Positions 60,301-64,000 of a DNA stretch of 64,000 nucleotides are shown here, one piece after another. The notes beneath the pieces were generated by a model. That model was not told the origin of the DNA. It was given only the letters and a program-made list of their open reading frames with translations, and searched no databases. Position numbers and translations under genes: made by a program. Each line of letters starts with the position of its first letter. Within the stretch, counting starts at the first letter, position 1. The stretch is from Candidatus Velthaea sp. (GTDB lineage: Bacteria; Vulcanimicrobiota; Vulcanimicrobiia; Vulcanimicrobiales; Vulcanimicrobiaceae): assembly GCA_965214935.1 (NCBI GenBank), contig CBDCCS010000010.1, positions 1-64,000 on the forward strand, written 5' to 3'.

Positions 60301-60433
60301 CCGCCGTGCTCGCTGCGTTCGGTATGCGTGGCGCTGCCCAGACCGCTACGGTGCCTTCAACAACGGCGGCATGAAGCGTGATTTGCAAGTTACTAGGGTT
60401 CTGCGGTCGTCGTACTTGCTCTTGGTCGAGCAC
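57359..60433 (-). CDS. SNF2-family helicase/ATPase
   Basis: LRPYQ, LADDMGLGKT, LDEAQNIKN, TGTPVEN, SLKAGGSGLNLT, WWNPAVENQATDRAFRIGQ. Confidence 0.96.
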   Translation of the reverse strand: MLDQEQVRRPQNPSNLQITLHAAVVEGTVAVWAAPRIPNAASTAGTYGLNADELRALLQTLPVDALQTPLAMRLASASLPTRKGNIVGPAAANEPAAPRSARIVYQPHTIAIAQLSGAQAIGIFGASLSRETFGDDIHLSRPVSALARVLQFAFELVAASNVLPAIVNDAGRPTPQARWQPILGAAERASYEALVATLPPVVGALHASASNVVPAYDARATLDAALAFFVDAIMHVAPASNRLSTAHENGSIHGRWIAALGGPEPAFRATPAEYAELAAAIDAWQRPVVEERAAAYRLCLRVEEPLPDAASSRDAVWNVAYLLQSRTDPTLLVDGTAALRSGTRRDYLTALGRAAPFSAQIDASLARADGVPIGFTLDTPAAFKFLQTDATTCAAADIGVILPSWWLGMDAKARVGLRAAVKRPKFAGSNALHAGALLEVDWSIAIGDQTLTARELERLARLKTPLVALRGRWVHVDPAELQAALARMQRPGKRTLTVRDAVRIAVGASVDDIPSGTTLIADANFAAQLAALRGETRLEALAPPATLDAVLRPYQSRGYAWLHFITRLGFGACLADDMGLGKTVQTLALIAHDWENAPDGPVLLVCPTSVIGNWQREAARFTPTLPLHVHHGAERIRGAAFAKLAQRQAVVVTGYALLHRDRELFERVAWRGMVLDEAQNIKNAESQQARAARAISAEYKIALTGTPVENHVGDLWSLMEFLNPGLLGSHAAFRRDFFVPIQLQGNSAAAERLRAMTGPFILRRHKSDATIIADLPAKQEYTVTCVLTREQATLYAAVLRDFDATLAQDESLERRGKILAALSKLKQICNHPAQFAADNSPLAGRSGKLARLEEMLEEVFEADEAALIFTQFAEMGQLIRRRLEARFGRDVAFLHGGVAKGARDTMVEQFQARNGADVFVLSLKAGGSGLNLTRANHVFHFDRWWNPAVENQATDRAFRIGQTKAIQVHKFVCGGTLEEKIALLIERKAAVSENVVGTGEGWLTELSSTQLRDLVALSPQAVAE

Positions 60434-60437
60434 GTCG

Positions 60438-60860
60438 TTATGTCGCCGGTGTAATTGACGGTCGCCTCACTCGGACGAAAGCCCAATCATCTGCGACTAA
60501 GTATTTGTAGCTCCGCCGCGACCGCTGAATTTCTAGGGCCTTGTCCCAGCAAGCAAATGTCACTGGCTCTTCCGCGCGTGCTTGCAGCATCAAAGCCGAC
60601 GCTAAGTGGATCGCATCATATGCGCGCAGGCGAAAGTGTTCCGCAATATTTCCCGCCTCTTGCACAAGCTGACCGTTGATTACGATCAGAAAAGTCGCTT
60701 CCAATCGGCATTAATGTCTCGCAGAAGTCGTCGATAAGCGGTCGGCTCGAGTGAGCCTTCACGATACCGCTGAGCTAATGCTGAGCGCATTTCAACATAG
60801 GCGATCTCGCACGTCCCGACTAGTTCCGCCTTCGTAATTGCGTCGCGCCCGTCGGAAGCC
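60438..60860 (-). pseudogene. VapC/PIN toxin remnant, frameshifted and 5'-truncated
   Basis: CEIAYVEMRSALAQRYREG...DINADW, then frameshift near 60700, then LRAYDAIHLASAL...FACWD. Confidence 0.8.
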
Positions 60861-60887
60861 GCTACCTTTTCAAGAACACGTAGCGTT

Positions 60888-60909
60888 GCACACGAATGTG
60901 TGCTATCGT
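60888..60909 (+). promoter_or_regulatory. Palindromic operator and extended -10 of TA operon
   Basis: GCACAC-GAAT-GTGTGC (60888-903) abutting TGcTATCGT, 7 nt before ATG 60917. Confidence 0.6.
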
Positions 60910-60916
60910 AGAGTAC

Positions 60917-61198
60917 ATGGCTGATACGCTGACAATTCGTCTAGACCGGGAACAGCGTCGCCTCTTTGACGCGGAAGCAGCAGCCAGAGGTGTTGGCCCA
61001 TCAACGCTAGCTCGCGACCTTCTTGACGAGCGCTTGCGTGAGCTGCGTCGTAAACGCATTCTTCAGCAAAGCACGGAGGCAGCCGAGCGTTACCGTACTG
61101 CACAGAAGGAGGACGTTGAGCGAGTCGACGGTCTCGATCCCTACATTTGGGGAGCTATGGCGCCGTATGAAGGCACCGTCGGCGGCAGCCGGCCTTGA
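60917..61198 (+). CDS. Ribbon-helix-helix (CopG-like) antitoxin
   Basis: TLTIRLD...AAARGVGPSTLARDLL; TTGA overlap with the toxin start. Confidence 0.8.
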   Translation: MADTLTIRLDREQRRLFDAEAAARGVGPSTLARDLLDERLRELRRKRILQQSTEAAERYRTAQKEDVERVDGLDPYIWGAMAPYEGTVGGSRP

Positions 61199-61542
61199 TC
61201 GCCGGCCAAATTCTTTGGCTCGATTTTCGTAAAGACGCTGCCCCGAAAGAGCCCAATAAGCTACGCCCTGGCATCGTTGTTGAAGACCCAGGTTTGTTTG
61301 CTGCGGCGTTTCCAAATATCGTTGTTGTACCGTGTACGACAGCGTTGTCGTTTGAAGTTATCGATTTGTGCGTGCAAATACCGCCTGACACGCATAATGG
61401 ATTCGATCGCATGAATTGGGCGATCGCGCATAACGTTACGACTGCTTCTAAGGCGCGCATCGTGAAGAAAACCGATTACCACGTTTCAGCGCAACACCTT
61501 GCTGCAATTCGGGCGCGCATCATCGAAACGCTGGGTTTATAA
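61195..61542 (+). CDS. PemK/MazF family toxin
   Basis: GQILWLDF...EPNKLRPGIVV...VVVPCTT. Confidence 0.88.
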   Translation: MIAGQILWLDFRKDAAPKEPNKLRPGIVVEDPGLFAAAFPNIVVVPCTTALSFEVIDLCVQIPPDTHNGFDRMNWAIAHNVTTASKARIVKKTDYHVSAQHLAAIRARIIETLGL

Positions 61543-61743
61543 GTCTGCTCGATCATCTTGCCACGCCGACGATTCCGTCTGGATCGCAACATCCCCGGCA
61601 GAAGCGCCAGGGTGACTTTGCATGTTTAAGGCCTCACTCAACTTCGTCGTCATCGTGAAGCGGCGGTGACGCTAAGTCGAAAGTCCAGCTGAGGTTCTAC
61701 TACTTAGACCCGAAAGCCAAGCCGTCGAAGTTCCTCTGCTTTT

Positions 61744-61956
61744 TTAAATGCGCCGAATTTGATCCGCCGCCAATGTTAGTTGAGCGACTACCGTTCCGTC
61801 ATCCGCCACGAACTCGACTTCGTAGCCTTCGCAAGGTTTGCTATAAACATCGATGATCGCTCCATGCATTTCCCGTGCTATTGTAACACCGTCTTGAACG
61901 ACGTCCTCACGTAACTCGACGATTTGATTTTCCCGGTATGTAAACTTATCACGCAC
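61744..61956 (-). CDS. DUF4926-like protein
   Basis: VELREDV...GAIIDVY...YEVEFVADDG pattern. Confidence 0.75.
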   Translation of the reverse strand: MRDKFTYRENQIVELREDVVQDGVTIAREMHGAIIDVYSKPCEGYEVEFVADDGTVVAQLTLAADQIRRI

Positions 61957-62173
61957 TGCGCAGCACCGGATGGTCACTTTGACGTGCAGCATACTCGAGC
62001 GCCGCCGTAATATCGCCGGGTTCCAGGATGGTGAAATCCTCCAGAATTTCAGCTCGACTTGCGCCGGCGGCGAGTAAGTCCAAGATGTCCTTCACGCGAA
62101 TGCGCAGGTTACGCAAACTCGGGCGACCGCCGTTTTGATGTGGGTCAACGGTTATTCGATGTATCTCACTCAA
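61949..62173 (-). CDS. DUF433 family protein (putative antitoxin)
   Basis: RITVDPHQNGGRPSLRNLRIRVKDILDLLAAG...EILED...DITAALEYAA; TTG start. Confidence 0.88.
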   Translation of the reverse strand: MSEIHRITVDPHQNGGRPSLRNLRIRVKDILDLLAAGASRAEILEDFTILEPGDITAALEYAARQSDHPVLRSA

Positions 62174-62495
62174 ATCAAACCCCCTATGGCTACGACCGTA
62201 CCTCCAATTGAGATTCCCGACATGCGATTGCTTTCCGCCTCGTGGCAGTCGCCGGCGACGGCCCCGAATGCCTCCGCATGCGCCCCGAAAAATCTCGTCA
62301 AACGCGCTTCGCGTCGGGCAGCAATCATCCGGTGCAACCAAATCTTTTTCCAACATCCGGACGTTAGGTCTTCCCAATCTTTTACGCGCAAACCGTCCAC
62401 GCGTGTAAATTCGCGCGTTTCAGAGTGACAAGAATAAGTTGTCGCGCCTTCGCCTGGTCGCCCGCCCCGATCGTGCAGCGCTGATGCACGTGCGC

Positions 62496-62756
62496 TCAAG
62501 CCGCTGAGACGTCGCGTACGGCGGCAGCAAGATCGCGCGGGAATGGCAGGCCGCGCTCTTCTGCAAAAACGCGCGCGCGGGCAACGTCTGCGGCAACAGA
62601 AACGTCGACAATTTCAATCCCGATGACCGTACCACGATCGTCGAGATCGACGATCACATCGGAACTCTCGTCGCCTCCGACATACATGTTTTCGATCGAT
62701 GTGCTCGTGCTGTAGCGCACATACGCCGCGCCGGTAGAAGAGAGTTCGATATTCAT
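62496..62756 (-). CDS. DUF2283 family protein (putative antitoxin)
   Basis: AAYVRY...VIVDLDDRGTVIGIEIVD. Confidence 0.82.
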   Translation of the reverse strand: MNIELSSTGAAYVRYSTSTSIENMYVGGDESSDVIVDLDDRGTVIGIEIVDVSVAADVARARVFAEERGLPFPRDLAAAVRDVSAA

Positions 62757-63034
62757 TCCTGCCTCGTTTGCGCTCTCGCGACGGTAATTACGGCACCGCT
62801 GGTATCGAGCGTAACTCGAATCCGACGTCGGCCTTCGGCATACCCAAAGTAGTTTATTCTACCTGAGTGGCCGGTAGTCGTTTTTGTTGGTTTTGACACC
62901 ACGGCAAGGACGTCAACCCAGCTGATCCCCCGCTGCAGCATACGCCCAACAACATGGACCGGGTCCTTATTCGGGTCGATGCGTGGTGTTGGCGGCCTTG
63001 CTTCCGGCGGATTCGTACCAGCCGAGCCAGACAC
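62753..63034 (-). CDS. DUF4258 family protein (putative toxin)
   Basis: HVVGRMLQRGISWVDVLAVV...IRVT...VITV; ATGA overlap with DUF2283. Confidence 0.8.
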   Translation of the reverse strand: MSGSAGTNPPEARPPTPRIDPNKDPVHVVGRMLQRGISWVDVLAVVSKPTKTTTGHSGRINYFGYAEGRRRIRVTLDTSGAVITVARAQTRQE

Positions 63035-63346
63035 TTGGACCGTACGCGCCGCCCGCTACCTCAAACTTTTTCGACAATGGTTCTCGTCATACCGCGCGTA
63101 GCGCCCTTCGCCGGAAAATTTTCTAGCATGTCCGCGACGTCAAAAACGTTGAAAGCGATTATTGAACCTTATTCCTTCGGATTATGCCGGCAACAACAAG
63201 TTCTACGCTACGACGTCCGCCAGCTCCCCAACACATTTGATAGCATTGCGTGCGAAGCTGGCGACTTTCAATTCGCTGGCCTGGTCGCTGAAAAGCGATT
63301 GCTAACCCAACGTTTGCGCGCTCTGAAGCACGTTTTTCTGTTCAAC

Positions 63347-63670
63347 CTACGTGCGCGCATCATCAACCTCGCGAATCGCGCGCTCCAATCGGCTCTTCTT
63401 GGTTTCGTCTGTGCGCTGTACGCGCAGAGCATCGGCCTTTGCGTACGCCTCGCGAAAATCTGACGCAGCTTTTTCCGGATAGAAGCAGGGCGTTCTGCTT
63501 TCTCCGAGCAGAGCGTTCAGTTCCAATAGCGCGAAGCCGTCCTTGTCAAAGACGTGGCGTAGCATCACCGCGCGTATGCGTTGCTCGCGCACCGTCGCCG
63601 GCTCCTTGGTCCAATCGATGTCAGAATCTTGTTCCGGGGTATCCAGCGTTGTCGCATCGTTGTCGTTCAA
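63347..63670 (-). CDS. Hypothetical protein, possibly truncated
   Basis: 107-aa ORF with AAGGA upstream; the frame continues through several TAG stops. Confidence 0.45.
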   Translation of the reverse strand: MNDNDATTLDTPEQDSDIDWTKEPATVREQRIRAVMLRHVFDKDGFALLELNALLGESRTPCFYPEKAASDFREAYAKADALRVQRTDETKKSRLERAIREVDDART

Positions 63671-64000
63671 ACGTAACGTGTTCCTTTCGCTCGCGTACAG
63701 CTCGAGAGAGTTGTGCTGCGTTGATACTTTTTCTCTCCTCGACGACGCGTTTCATTCGGTCGCGCAGTCCGACCGAAATCTTGCGGCGGGATGTTGAGAC
63801 TTACTCTGGCTAAAGCGCACTCTTTGGTCAGCGGACCCTGTCGACAGCTTTGCGGCCACTTAGCAAGATTAAAGAACCGAATACTAGGGTCGAACCTCAC
63901 GTCCCCTACAAAACGCGGCTGATTCGCGGAGTTAGCAAAGCTGCTAAAACGCAACTCCGCCGGCGCCCTTAAGAGCGAGCATCTCACGTGCATCATCGGG

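Noticed and set aside
63180..63350. TAG recoding suggested by in-frame TAGs here, in the CdiI-like gene and in the Phd remnant
   Set aside because: Core genes such as ruvA, glmS and rpoZ end in TAG, and the affected genes show other damage; ordinary decay explains it.
1..64000. CRISPR array, tRNA/rRNA, integrase or transposase
   Set aside because: No regularly spaced repeats, cloverleaf or recombinase motifs seen by eye; a short element could have been missed.

Overview
GC-rich bacterial chromosome segment. The gene content (PASTA kinase, RqcH/NFACT, gmk-rpoZ, and an MlaEFD system whose MlaD ends in a barrel-like tail) suggests a diderm Terrabacteria lineage, possibly Ca. Eremiobacterota; this is an inference. 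About 1-22.5 kb is mostly core genes: pbp-pknB-ruvCAB-spoIID-queA-hpt, rqcH, gmk-rpoZ, glmS-rph-mlaEFD-rhomboid-panE. About 22.5-64 kb is accessory: oxidoreductases, a GGDEF protein, a sugar ABC transporter, secreted proteins, a SWIM/SNF2 pair and many intact or decayed toxin-antitoxin modules. Two things stand out. (1) A polymorphic toxin locus at 52.7-55.9 kb: an EndoU toxin whose N-terminus matches no delivery domain I recognise, its immunity gene, and two decayed orphan toxin-tip/immunity cassettes. (2) A single 758-aa protein at 36.5-38.8 kb fusing a CX5R phosphatase, an ADP-ribosylhydrolase and an HD alarmone-hydrolase-like domain. No rRNA, tRNA, CRISPR array or transposase was recognised. 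All family calls come from motif reading, not database searches.
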